From contig OW818675.1 of the NCBI GenBank assembly GCA_942493095.1, positions 1,260,001 through 1,292,000 of the forward strand: DNA of 32,000 bases. The letters are read 5' to 3'. Every line of letters starts with the position of its first letter. The stretch's first letter is position 1. Below are positions 16,181 to 25,331 of this stretch, piece after piece. The notes beneath the pieces were generated by a model. That model saw only the letters and a program-made list of their open reading frames with translations. It did not search any database and was not told the origin of the DNA. The position numbers and the translations under genes were made by a program. The stretch comes from Candidatus Electronema halotolerans (lineage in GTDB: Bacteria; Desulfobacterota; Desulfobulbia; Desulfobulbales; Desulfobulbaceae).

Positions 16181-19060
16181 ATGATTATCTTTAACTCCAA
16201 ACAGTTTTCAACTGTTCTCTTTGCTGTATTCTTTGCATATCCTTCGCTGACTACCGCGAAAATCCTGCTGGTGCCGAATGAATATCCGACCATCAGCAAG
16301 GCAATGCAGGCTGCCGGGCCGAATGACACAGTTCGGGTGGCGGCGGGCGCCTACCCTGACAACGTCATCATGCGGCCCGGCGTGACCTTGGAAGGCGGCT
16401 GGGACAGCACTTTTCAGCAGCATGAGCCGACAGTGAACAGAACAATCATTGATGGCAGCATGCGGGGCGGCTATGTGGTCTTTGGCGCGGACAAGGCCGT
16501 GCTGGACGGCTTTCTCATCACTGGCGGCAAACCGCCGATGATGATGCCGGATTTGGATGTCGGGCCAGGGGTGTATTGCGACTCCGCCTCCTTCACGGTG
16601 CGGAACAGCTTCATCACTGGCAACAATACGGCTGGCATCTATGCCCGCAACTGTCAGCTCTCCGCCACAGGCAATGTCATTGCCGCCAATGGCAGGGCAG
16701 GCATTTTTCTTGAAGATGCCTGCGCGGCGGAGATCAAGGGCAACCTGATCAGCCGCAATCTCTGGGCAGGCATCAATGTTGGCGGCAAGGCGCCTTCAAA
16801 AGTGGATATTGCCAACAACGCGGTGTACAGCAATCAGAAGGCGGGCATCAATGTCGCCTTTGCTCAAGGTTCAGTCAGCAACAATCTGATTCACAAAAAC
16901 AGAGAGGCTGGAGTCCGCTGCGGGCTGGCACCCATGCAGATCATCAACAACACCATTGCTGACAATGGCTTGGCCGGTGTTTCCACGGCTGAATCCGCCG
17001 GACTGCTGACAGCGGCTGCGCCAGCAGGCCAATCTGGCAAGACAGATACATCCGCCACGTCAAAGCTGCCGATCATTAAAAACAATATCATTGCCAACAA
17101 TGGGCAGGCTGGCATCAAGTCCTACGGCAGCGGCTACACCTACAACCTGCTTTACGGCAACAACAAAGTGGAAGGCTTTTTCCCGAATTATCTCTGGTAT
17201 ATCCGCCTCCAGCTCGGCGGCTACGAAGATCAGGCCACCTTTGAGAAGACCAAGAACATTCTTGCTGCGCCGCTCTTTGTCAATCCTGCCCAGCATGACT
17301 ACCATCTTCGGCCCGGCTCGCCTGCCATTGACCAAGGCGACCCGGAGCAGCAATACAACGACAAGAATTTTGGCCCTTCTCTTGGTGCTGACCGCAATGA
17401 CATGGGAGTCTATGGCGGGCCAGGCACTGTGGCCGAGAAGAGGCCGCCCAATCAGCCGCCCCAAGCTGGCATTGAGCCGCTCAAGAAGCAGGTTTATGCT
17501 GGTGACAAAGTGGTGCTCAACGGCGCAGTCAGCCGTGATCCGAACGGCGATGAGATTCACTATCAGTGGCGGCTGACCGGCAAGCCCTTCCAAAGCACGG
17601 CTGCCTTGAAGCCGGAAAAGGACGGCACTTGCGCCTTCACCCCTGACAAGGGCGGGCAGTATGCGGTCCAGCTCACAGTCACAGACCGCTGGGGCATGCA
17701 AGGCAGGCCGGTTCGGCTGACCATCAATGCTGACCCGGACAAACCGCCCACAGCCAAGATCAGCAAGCCAATGGGACCGGTCAAGGTCGGCGAGGCGGTC
17801 AAACTGTCCGCCATTGACAAGAAAAAACAAAATGGCAGCGAGCTGACTTTTTCTTGGATGATGCTCAGGCGGCCCAGCGACAGTCAGGCCCTGCTTGATG
17901 ATGCGCAGGCCGAGCGGCCCAGTTTCACGCCGGACGCGCCCGGCTGCTACACCATGCGCCTGACCGTGGCCAATGGCAAGAAGTCGAGCCAGCCGGACAC
18001 CGTGCATTTCTGCACCCAGGAAAGCCGGGTGCCGGGCCGCCGGTCAGTGCCGGATGAATACCCGACCATTCAGGCGGCCATTGATGCTGCCAAGGCAGGC
18101 GAGGACATCCTTGTCCAGCCAGGCACCTACCGTGAGCACCTGATTGTTGACAAACCGGTCAATCTGATCGGCGCAGGCAGGCCAAGACCGGTGATTGACG
18201 GCGGCAGCAAGGAGGGTGACGAGGCCGCAGTCTTTGTCTGTTATTTGGACAATACTGCGCAGGGCCGGATTCAAGGCTTCAAAGTCACAGGCGGCGGCAC
18301 TGGTCAGTATGGGCACGGCATCCAGATCCTCAACTCCTCGCCGGAGATTGTTGACAATGAGATTGTCGGCAACCAGCATGTGGGCGTGGGCATCCACGGG
18401 CAGTACAAATTCACCAAGGACACTAGGATTCACCACAACGACATCCATGACAACGCCATTGGCGTGAGCAACGGCTTGGGCGCAGGCGGCATGATCTACA
18501 ATAATGCCATCTACAACAACAAAGTGACCGGCATTGGTGTGCGCGGTTTGGCAAGACCGATAGTCCGCAAGAACAATCTCTACGGCAACTACATCGGCAT
18601 TGGGGTCCGGGAAGAAGCGTATCCGCAGGTTGAAGACAACATTGTCCAAGACAATGTGGTGGGCATGGCAGTCAATCCCGGCGTTGCCGGAGCGATTTAT
18701 GCGGAAAAGAACAAGATCACGCTGCGGAACAATCAGATACTCAGCAACCGGCAGGCAGGCATCTTTATTTCCTCGCTCAACAAAAGCGAGGTTGTGGCGC
18801 AGGGAAATGCCATCCGAGGCAACAGCGAGGCGGCTGACCGCGACAGCCGCACCGGCGGAGTGGTGAGCGGCTATCCGCATGAAGCCTTGGTCAAAGTCCT
18901 GCTCAACAGCAACATGGTCAGCGGCAACAACGGGCGGGATGTTCAGCTCTACAAGGAACTGGGCGAATCTGCCGGAACCATTGGCAGTTCCGCTGGCCGC
19001 AAGCCCGACTTCCAAGGCATGGGAATGCCTATGGGCGGCCCAAGCGGCATGGCGCAGTGA
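16181..19060 (+). CDS. Secreted right-handed parallel beta-helix protein with central PKD-like domains
   Basis: Hydrophobic N-terminal signal-like segment. NEYPTISKAMQAAGPNDTVRVAAGAYPDNV and a second DEYPTIQAAIDAAKAGEDILVQPGTYREHL, each followed by IxxNxI/GI-type helix repeats; between them, PKD-like segments (VLNGAVSRDPNGDEIHYQWRL...GGQYAVQLTVTDRWG). Confidence 0.88.
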   Translation: MIIFNSKQFSTVLFAVFFAYPSLTTAKILLVPNEYPTISKAMQAAGPNDTVRVAAGAYPDNVIMRPGVTLEGGWDSTFQQHEPTVNRTIIDGSMRGGYVVFGADKAVLDGFLITGGKPPMMMPDLDVGPGVYCDSASFTVRNSFITGNNTAGIYARNCQLSATGNVIAANGRAGIFLEDACAAEIKGNLISRNLWAGINVGGKAPSKVDIANNAVYSNQKAGINVAFAQGSVSNNLIHKNREAGVRCGLAPMQIINNTIADNGLAGVSTAESAGLLTAAAPAGQSGKTDTSATSKLPIIKNNIIANNGQAGIKSYGSGYTYNLLYGNNKVEGFFPNYLWYIRLQLGGYEDQATFEKTKNILAAPLFVNPAQHDYHLRPGSPAIDQGDPEQQYNDKNFGPSLGADRNDMGVYGGPGTVAEKRPPNQPPQAGIEPLKKQVYAGDKVVLNGAVSRDPNGDEIHYQWRLTGKPFQSTAALKPEKDGTCAFTPDKGGQYAVQLTVTDRWGMQGRPVRLTINADPDKPPTAKISKPMGPVKVGEAVKLSAIDKKKQNGSELTFSWMMLRRPSDSQALLDDAQAERPSFTPDAPGCYTMRLTVANGKKSSQPDTVHFCTQESRVPGRRSVPDEYPTIQAAIDAAKAGEDILVQPGTYREHLIVDKPVNLIGAGRPRPVIDGGSKEGDEAAVFVCYLDNTAQGRIQGFKVTGGGTGQYGHGIQILNSSPEIVDNEIVGNQHVGVGIHGQYKFTKDTRIHHNDIHDNAIGVSNGLGAGGMIYNNAIYNNKVTGIGVRGLARPIVRKNNLYGNYIGIGVREEAYPQVEDNIVQDNVVGMAVNPGVAGAIYAEKNKITLRNNQILSNRQAGIFISSLNKSEVVAQGNAIRGNSEAADRDSRTGGVVSGYPHEALVKVLLNSNMVSGNNGRDVQLYKELGESAGTIGSSAGRKPDFQGMGMPMGGPSGMAQ

Positions 19061-19093
19061 TCTCACTCCGGCATTGAGCAGGGCGCTTGATGC

Positions 19094-19125
19094 CGGATTC
19101 AAATTGCACGTGCAACTTGAATCCG
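19094..19125. repeat. 32-bp near-perfect palindrome downstream of the beta-helix gene
   Basis: CGGATTCAAATTGCAC|GTGCAACTTGAATCCG; 15 of 16 positions pair. Confidence 0.8.
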
Positions 19126-19144
19126 TAAGAGATAGAATCAGAGC

Positions 19145-19651
19145 ATGAACAAAAAAAATCTGCCTGGCAAAAAAGGGAATAAGGCGGACAAGGTTCAGGC
19201 ATCTGAATCCGATCTCCGGCTTTCCAAGGCCCAGCTTTTGAGCGTCATTGAATTTTCCCGTCAGTTTCCAGAGCTGACCCAGCATCTGGCAGTGGTGCGG
19301 GGAACTGACAGTGAGGCGGCAAAGCAGGGCAGCTCAGAAGAAAGCAGCAGTGAACCGCTTGAATTTCCTCCCTTAGTTGCGCCGGACCCAAGAGAAATCA
19401 AGCCGCGTGTCTCTGAGGACAGCTGCGAAGAGCCGGAACATTCCGCCTCAGAGGATGAATTTGCTCTTTTTGCCGCAGGCCGCCTGCCGCCGCCTGAACC
19501 TGCGGGCAGACAGAAGAAAAAGAGAAAAATTTGGAAATTGCTGCTGCCTCTGACGATGTTTCTGCTTTTTCTTTTCTGGCTGCACGAAGCTGCAAGCCCG
19601 GGCAGGCCGGTGAACAGCACCCAGCAGCGCAAGCTGCAGGCAAGCAAATAA
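19145..19651 (+). CDS. Hypothetical small protein with one C-terminal transmembrane segment
   Basis: 168-aa ORF; acidic linker followed by KKKRKIWKLLLPLTMFLLFLFWLHEA. Confidence 0.55.
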   Translation: MNKKNLPGKKGNKADKVQASESDLRLSKAQLLSVIEFSRQFPELTQHLAVVRGTDSEAAKQGSSEESSSEPLEFPPLVAPDPREIKPRVSEDSCEEPEHSASEDEFALFAAGRLPPPEPAGRQKKKRKIWKLLLPLTMFLLFLFWLHEAASPGRPVNSTQQRKLQASK

Positions 19652-19851
19652 GCTGCTGCGCGCTTATTCAGACAGGAAGTCTTTGTTTTAACAGATAGCG
19701 CTGAAGCAGGATAAAATGACTCTGCCTGTCTCTCTCCCGTAGGGACGCGGCCCTCTGTGGCCGTCCGATTTTTTCTCGTTATTCCGGTGTGCTGCAAAAA
19801 AAGCCGAAGACAGCTTCTGTCTCCGGCTCAATCTGTGCAGGCGGTCTTTGT

Positions 19852-20721
19852 TCAATAGCCCAGCGGCTCAACCTGCTTCCGATCAGGGTTCTGCCACGGA
19901 TTGGGAGCAGCATAACCTGTGCCCGGCTCCTTCTGCGCTGCGGGAGGAGGAGGACTTGGCAGATACGAGTCGGCACCGCCATAGTCCTGAGCCGGCGGCG
20001 GATAGGCAGGCAGGGGCTGCGGCCTGCTGCCCGGCATGGCTGAACGCAGCGGCTCGGCTTGAGAATTGCTGACCAAACGCCGCATGAGAACGTCCATCGG
20101 TGAAATCATGCCGCCGCCGTAATAGGCCTTGTTCCATTGGTTGCGGGGCGTGATCACCGCGCCTTCCACGGAAATGCCGCCAAATACGCCTTTGGAGCGG
20201 CCAAAGGCCAGCACATCCGCAGTCTGGGCCTTGGCATTCTTGCCCACCGGCCCGGCAGCCACGGAAATATCCGCGCCAACTTTCAGTTCTGTGGAGAGCA
20301 TGGCGTTCAAGCCCGCCTCGGTCATGATCATCAGGACCAGCTCAGAGGCATCCGCGCCTGCTTGGAAACCAAGCGACAGGGAACCCATCGTGTAAAAAGC
20401 CGGATAGCTCCATGTCCCGGTGCGCTGGTCGCGGACCAGCAAAACCCCGGAGCCGCCTGCGCCGCCGATAATGAAGCCGCCTCGGAGCATCTGCGGGACA
20501 ATGAAGATGCCATAGGCCTGATCCACGTTGTCATGAAACCAGACCATCTTGGGATCGTGCATGAAGCTGCTGAACACGGCCTGGCTTTTCAAAACCAAGC
20601 TCTGCGCTTCGTCAAGACTGTCTCCGGCAGCGGCAGGACGGGACAGGGGCAGGACAAGAAGGGAGAGCAGCAGGACGGCAGCAAAGAAGCGATGCGGAAA
20701 CATGGTAAAATTCCTTGTCAT
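19852..20721 (-). CDS. SYLF-domain (Ysc84-like lipid-binding) secreted protein
   Basis: Signal peptide, then EAQSLVLKSQAVFSSFMHDPKMVWFHDNVDQAYGIFIVPQMLRGGFIIGGAGGSGVLLVRD...GSLSLGFQAGADASELVLMIM; Pro-rich tail. Start at 20721 or 20703. Confidence 0.82.
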   Translation of the reverse strand: MTRNFTMFPHRFFAAVLLLSLLVLPLSRPAAAGDSLDEAQSLVLKSQAVFSSFMHDPKMVWFHDNVDQAYGIFIVPQMLRGGFIIGGAGGSGVLLVRDQRTGTWSYPAFYTMGSLSLGFQAGADASELVLMIMTEAGLNAMLSTELKVGADISVAAGPVGKNAKAQTADVLAFGRSKGVFGGISVEGAVITPRNQWNKAYYGGGMISPMDVLMRRLVSNSQAEPLRSAMPGSRPQPLPAYPPPAQDYGGADSYLPSPPPPAAQKEPGTGYAAPNPWQNPDRKQVEPLGY

Positions 20722-20783
20722 AAAAATCATGAGGCGGCAATGCTGACCAGCAGGTGCTGGTAGCTGGTCAGCTGGGAACGCGG

Positions 20784-20942
20784 TCAGTCTGCCGGAAAAA
20801 AATGCTCTTTTTCCGCTTGGCATTTTGGGCAGACCCAGTCATCAGGCAAATCTGCAAAGGCCGTGCCCGGCTCAATGCCGTTGTCCAAATCGCCTTCTGC
20901 CGGATCGTAGATGTACCCGCAGGGGCACTCATATTTCTGCAT
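20784..20942 (-). CDS. Rubredoxin
   Basis: [52 protein letters not shown]; two iron-binding cysteine pairs (CPCG, CPKC). Confidence 0.95.
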   Translation of the reverse strand: MQKYECPCGYIYDPAEGDLDNGIEPGTAFADLPDDWVCPKCQAEKEHFFPAD

Positions 20943-21107
20943 GATCTTTCCTCCGAAAATAGGTTGACAGGCCACTGCAGCCTTGCTGCGCAGCTCTGAA
21001 CGACATGAAAGGAGTATAATGAACAGGGCGGCATTAGGCAAGAAAAAGGGAGACAGCTTCGTGGTCACAAACAAAAGAGGTAACTACTCAGGCATCCGCC
21101 AAGCCTC

Positions 21108-22616
21108 TTGACAAAATCAACAGGTAAAGATTATGCTGCCGTTATGAATTTCAGTGTTCCTAGTGAAAAAGAAGTCCGTGCTGCATACGCAGAAGGCGAA
21201 GAAGCGGTCGTCGCCCTGTTTAGCAGTATAACTGCGCAGGTTGAAAACCTCGCCGCTCAGTCAGCCAAGCAGTCCGAGATATTGAAGGATTTGCAGGCCC
21301 GGCTGTCGAAAAACAGTCGGAACAGCGGGAAACCGCCTTCGAGCGATGGATACGGTAAAGCGAAGCGAACGGAAAGTCTGAGAGAGTCCGGCAGGAAGCC
21401 GAACGGCGGCCAGCCAGGTCATCAAGGGCATACTCTTGAGCGGTCTGCGGCGCCGGATTCTACGGAGAGGTATAAATCCGAGGAATGCGCGGCTTGCAAA
21501 ATGTCGCTTGCGGATGTCGTCGCTGTCGGAGAGGAGGAACGGCAGGTTTATGATATTCCGGCGATTCGGATTGAAGTGACCTCGCATCGAGCGGAAATAA
21601 AAATCTGTCCCGGCTGCGGCACGGAAAACAGAGGCAAATTCCCGGAAAACGTCGGACAGGGCATCCGTTACGGCACGGGGGTGAAAACTTGGGCGGCATA
21701 TTTCGCGAACCAGCATCATATTCCGCTTGAACGGGCTGCGCAGATTATCGAAGACCTGACCGGGCATTCCGTCTCCGAGGGTTCGCTGCTGAAGGCATCG
21801 GAAGAGCTTTGCGGATGCGTGCGTCCTTCAACGGAAGCAGTCGAAAAACTGCTCATGAATACCGATGTGTTACATGCCGATGAAAGCGGAGTCCGCGTGA
21901 AAGGGAAGCTGCACTGGCTGCATGTCGCTTCGACGAACTGCCTCACCCATTATTCGGTGCATGAAAAACGGGGAAAAGAGGCGATGGACGCAGCGGGAAT
22001 CCTTGGAAAGTTCACAGGAACAGCGACGCATGATCATTGGAAATCGTACTTCAGCTATGAAAACTGCGGTCATGCGCTGTGCAATGCGCATCATCTCCGG
22101 GAACTCAAGTTCATAGAAAAACAGTATGGACAAGTTTGGGCCGGCGAGATGGCCGAGCTGTTGCTTGAAATAAAAGGCGCGGCTGAAAAGCTGAAGCCGG
22201 ATCGGGACGGCTTCGCGCCGGAGAAGATCGAAGAATTTGAGCGGCGGTATGATGAAATCGTCCGACGGGGTTTTGCCGACAATCCGTTCACTCCGCCTAA
22301 GGAGAAAAAACGAGGACGGGCGAAGAAGACTCCGCCGCTCAATTTGCTGACACGGATGCGTGATTACAGGGCGGAGACCCTCGCATTCATGTATGATTTC
22401 CGGGTTCCGTTCGACAACAACGCGGCGGAAAGAGATGTGCGGATGATCAAGGTCAAGCAGAAGGTTTCCGGCTGCTTCCGAACACTTGAGGGGGCAGAAC
22501 GATTCGCCTGTATCCGGGGATATATCTCCACGGTCCGTAAAAATTCAAGAAACATTTTTGAAGCGATCAAAGATGCTTTCCTTGGAAGTCCTTTTATCCC
22601 CGATTCCGCAGTATAA
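21108..22616 (+). CDS. tnpC: IS66-family transposase
   Basis: Coiled-coil N-terminus, LSKNSRNSGKPPSSDG, RKPNGGQPGHQGHTL, zinc-binding CPGCG, VLHADESGVRV, LCNAHHLRELKF, VPFDNNAAERDVRMIKVKQKVSGCFRTLEGAERFACIRGYISTVRKN. Confidence 0.95.
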   Translation: MTKSTGKDYAAVMNFSVPSEKEVRAAYAEGEEAVVALFSSITAQVENLAAQSAKQSEILKDLQARLSKNSRNSGKPPSSDGYGKAKRTESLRESGRKPNGGQPGHQGHTLERSAAPDSTERYKSEECAACKMSLADVVAVGEEERQVYDIPAIRIEVTSHRAEIKICPGCGTENRGKFPENVGQGIRYGTGVKTWAAYFANQHHIPLERAAQIIEDLTGHSVSEGSLLKASEELCGCVRPSTEAVEKLLMNTDVLHADESGVRVKGKLHWLHVASTNCLTHYSVHEKRGKEAMDAAGILGKFTGTATHDHWKSYFSYENCGHALCNAHHLRELKFIEKQYGQVWAGEMAELLLEIKGAAEKLKPDRDGFAPEKIEEFERRYDEIVRRGFADNPFTPPKEKKRGRAKKTPPLNLLTRMRDYRAETLAFMYDFRVPFDNNAAERDVRMIKVKQKVSGCFRTLEGAERFACIRGYISTVRKNSRNIFEAIKDAFLGSPFIPDSAV

Positions 22617-22625
22617 AAAACGAGT

Positions 22626-22663
22626 AAGGCCGTCTTCAGCACTTCTGAAAACGGCCTTTTTTG
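22626..22663 (+). terminator. Rho-independent terminator after the IS66 transposase gene
   Basis: AAGGCCGT (22626..22633) pairs with ACGGCCTT (22651..22658), followed by a T run. Confidence 0.7.
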
Positions 22664-23096
22664 TCAGGCTGAGTAGTTACAGAGCTTGTTTGATGCAGTG
22701 GCTGCTGGTTCTTCTGAGCTGGAGGCAGCAGCCAAGTTTGTTCGGGGCATTGCCCGCAATGCGTGCCGTTTCACCTGAACACTAATTTTTCCGATAATTT
22801 ACGAGCTGCTTTCCCTGCGAGGTGATTCGACTGGGCCGTTTTGTGCTGTTGGCAGGATTGCGGATGGACGAGTAAAAAATACCTGCGATGTAAAGCAGAT
22901 ACCTTTTTCACAACTGACGCTGCACTTGCTGTACAACGGTCTGTCAATAATCCTTTAAAAAAGGAGGAGGCATCCTTGCAATAGGCATCCTTTTTTTGCT
23001 ATAAAAAGATATGACCTTATTGGTTTTATGTCGCATAGCAGCATAAAAAAGAAATGCTAAGCCTTTTAACAAAAAAAGGCGCAGCTCAAGGAGAGA

Positions 23097-24287
23097 TTGA
23101 TGAATAAAAAGACCTTAACAGCATTATGTTTGGCATCACTGATGCTTACAGCTAAAATGGCGCAAGCGCAAGAAGAGCAGGCTCCTTCATGTGAAACTGC
23201 TTATGCGTTTGGTTCTAAAACCTTCAGCGATATTGGCTTTACTCGTTGGGGGTGGGAGATAGTTCTACAGGGAAATGAGTTTGTAAGCACCAAAGTTTAT
23301 GCTGGTGCGGGACAGACTGACATCTTGAAAGGAACGTATGTAGGGGATCTCGAAGTTACTAGGGACAACGATCTTGTCACCTTTCAACTCCAGATGCTGG
23401 ATGGCTTCTCTGTAAGCGAAACACATATTTATGTGGGAACTTCTGATCTCTCGAAATCAGCACCTGGGCAATATGCCAATCTTACTGAAGGTAAGATCAA
23501 TTCTTTTGGCAATGGCCTGTTTAAAGTTGAACTTAATGATACTGTCACCGAGGGCGCGAAGTTATATGTTGTCGTTCATGCAGTAGTTTGTACTGGTGGA
23601 GGGGATCCAAATAATGGTGGAGACGATCCAAATGCCGAATGTGACCCAGCAGACAGCCCGTGGAAAGGAATTTGGGACAGTGCTGTAGAGTACAAGGCTG
23701 ACGATGTTGTTGAATATGAAGGCAGCAGCTATGTCAACGTTTGCTGTGATCCGCAAACAGCAGGCACAGCACCTCCTGATGATTTGTTTAATTCCGTCAC
23801 TAACGAAGGTTGTTGGAAACTCGTAGCTGAGAAAGGCGATACTGGAGCGACAGGTGAAACAGGTCCGACCGGCGAGCAAGGTGAAGTAGGTCCCGAAGGT
23901 CCGCAAGGGCCAATAGGCCCCGCTGGCCCGCAAGGTCTGAAGGGTGATAAAGGTGACAAGGGCGACACCGGCGATCAGGGAGAAGTAGGTCCCGAAGGCC
24001 CGACCGGTGCTCAAGGCCCGCAGGGCGAAGTAGGCCCGATTGGCCCGCAAGGTCTGAAGGGTGATAAAGGTGACAAGGGCGACACCGGCGATCAGGGAGA
24101 AGTAGGTCCCGAAGGCCCGACCGGTGCTCAAGGCCCGCAGGGTGAAGTAGGCCCGATTGGCCCGCAAGGTCCCGAAGGCCCGACCGGTGCTCAAGGCCCG
24201 CAGGGCGAAGTAGGCCCGATTGGCCCGCAAGGTCTGAAGGGTGATAAAGGTGACAAGGGCGACACCGGCGATCAGGGAGAAGTATAG
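23097..24287 (+). pseudogene. 5' part of a giant secreted collagen-like protein, cut by IS630
   Basis: Signal peptide MMNKKTLTALCLASLMLTAKMAQAQ, globular N-cap domain, [27 protein letters not shown] (CBM5/12-like module), then Gly-X-Y repeats. The stop is the TAG at the IS630 left end. Confidence 0.9.
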
Positions 24288-25329
24288 CGGTTTCGTATTG
24301 AACAGATATCAAACCCAGCAATGACGGAAAAACGATTTGATTGATTTTGACTTAACCGTTTTCAGAGATATATCATAAGCTTCCATCAGCTCACGCTCTG
24401 TTCTCGGCTTCAATTTTCTTATAGTGTTTTTCATTACTGACCAGCAGTATTCAATAGGGTTCAGTTCAGGACGATAAGGAGGGAGGAAAATGATCTTCGC
24501 TCCTGTACTTCTGATCAAAGCGAGAGCTTCTTTGTTTTTATGAGGACTGGCATTGTCAAGAACGACTGTCTTGCTGCTGTCAAGATATTTCAAAAGATAA
24601 TTTTTTATATAGAAATAAAAGACATCTCCTGTCATGGTGCCTTTAAATTTCATGCACTTCAATATTTTTCCAAACTTTACAGCTCCTATCATGCTTATTC
24701 TTTTCCCTTTACCTGAAGGTCTTTTTGAAAAAGCTCTTGTTCCTTTTCTTGATCTTGCAAATTTTCTCGACATGTTCAAACAGCATCCTGTCTCATCAAT
24801 AAAGATGAAATTCTTTTTGTCAGCCTCGAGCAGGCCTGCAAGGTAATTAACTGTCTTTGCTATATTTTCCTCTTTATACGCCGCCGGATCGCGGAAAGTT
24901 TTTTTTTCCGGCTGATTTTCAGTCTGGCGAGAGTTTCGCACAGCGTGGAAGGTGCTATTTTTAAATTGAATTTCTCGTATAAGCGATCACACATCTCTTC
25001 AAGCGTAAGATCGTTCTCGTCATCAATCATGCTGGTCAGAAAAGGCATATGAACTTCCTTGATTTTCGGAGGATTTCCGCCTTTATGAGGCTTCGGCTCA
25101 AGCGTCCCCTCAGTCTTCCATCTTTTTACAAGACTTTGAACAAATTTATAGGAAACGTCAAGCAAATCTGCAGTTCTTCTCAATGATTTCTGTTTTTCAT
25201 AAACAGACAAGACTTTCTTTCTGAAATCAATAGAATAAATCATGGCAGACCTCCGTGTGTAAAAAAATGGAAAAAACAGACAAGTCAAGTTTAATCTTTT
25301 TCTGATAACCATACAACCTGAAACCGCTA
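24285..25329 (-). mobile_element. IS630-family insertion sequence, 1045 bp
   Basis: Terminal repeats TAGCGGTTTC / GAAACCGCTA, TA target duplication at 24283..24284 and 25330..25331, transposase on minus strand. Confidence 0.95.
24309..25243 (-). CDS. IS630-family transposase in two ORFs (orfA 25243..24860, orfB from about 24941 to 24309), likely joined by -1 frameshifting on an A9 run
   Basis: orfA: MIYSIDFRKKVLSVYEKQKSLRRTADLLDVSYKFVQSLVKRW. orfB: NFIFIDETG, VLDNASPHKN, IIFLPPYRPELNPIEYCWSVMK (DDE triad). The frames overlap at a run read as SRKKKL in orfA and EKKTF in orfB. Confidence 0.9.
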
Positions 25330-25331
25330 TA

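Larger units (their letters stand above)
21080..22680 (+). mobile_element. IS66-family insertion sequence (single-transposase type)
   Basis: 12-bp terminal inverted repeats GTAACTACTCAG (21080..21091) and CTGAGTAGTTAC (22669..22680) bracketing the transposase gene; flanked by AGAG on both sides. Confidence 0.88.

Noticed and set aside
17060-19285. Minus-strand 315-aa and 413-aa ORFs opposite the beta-helix gene
   Set aside because: The plus-strand protein has a signal peptide, PKD and beta-helix repeats over the whole interval; the antisense ORFs are shadows.
22960-23010. Repeated GGCATCCTT before a T7 run as a terminator hairpin
   Set aside because: The two copies are direct rather than inverted and only the outer A/T and GGA bases pair, so a stable hairpin is not supported.
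24282-24287. TAG at the collagen/IS630 junction as a possible recoded or read-through codon
   Set aside because: The TAG is the first three bases of the IS630 inverted repeat, and the duplicated TA explains the junction fully.
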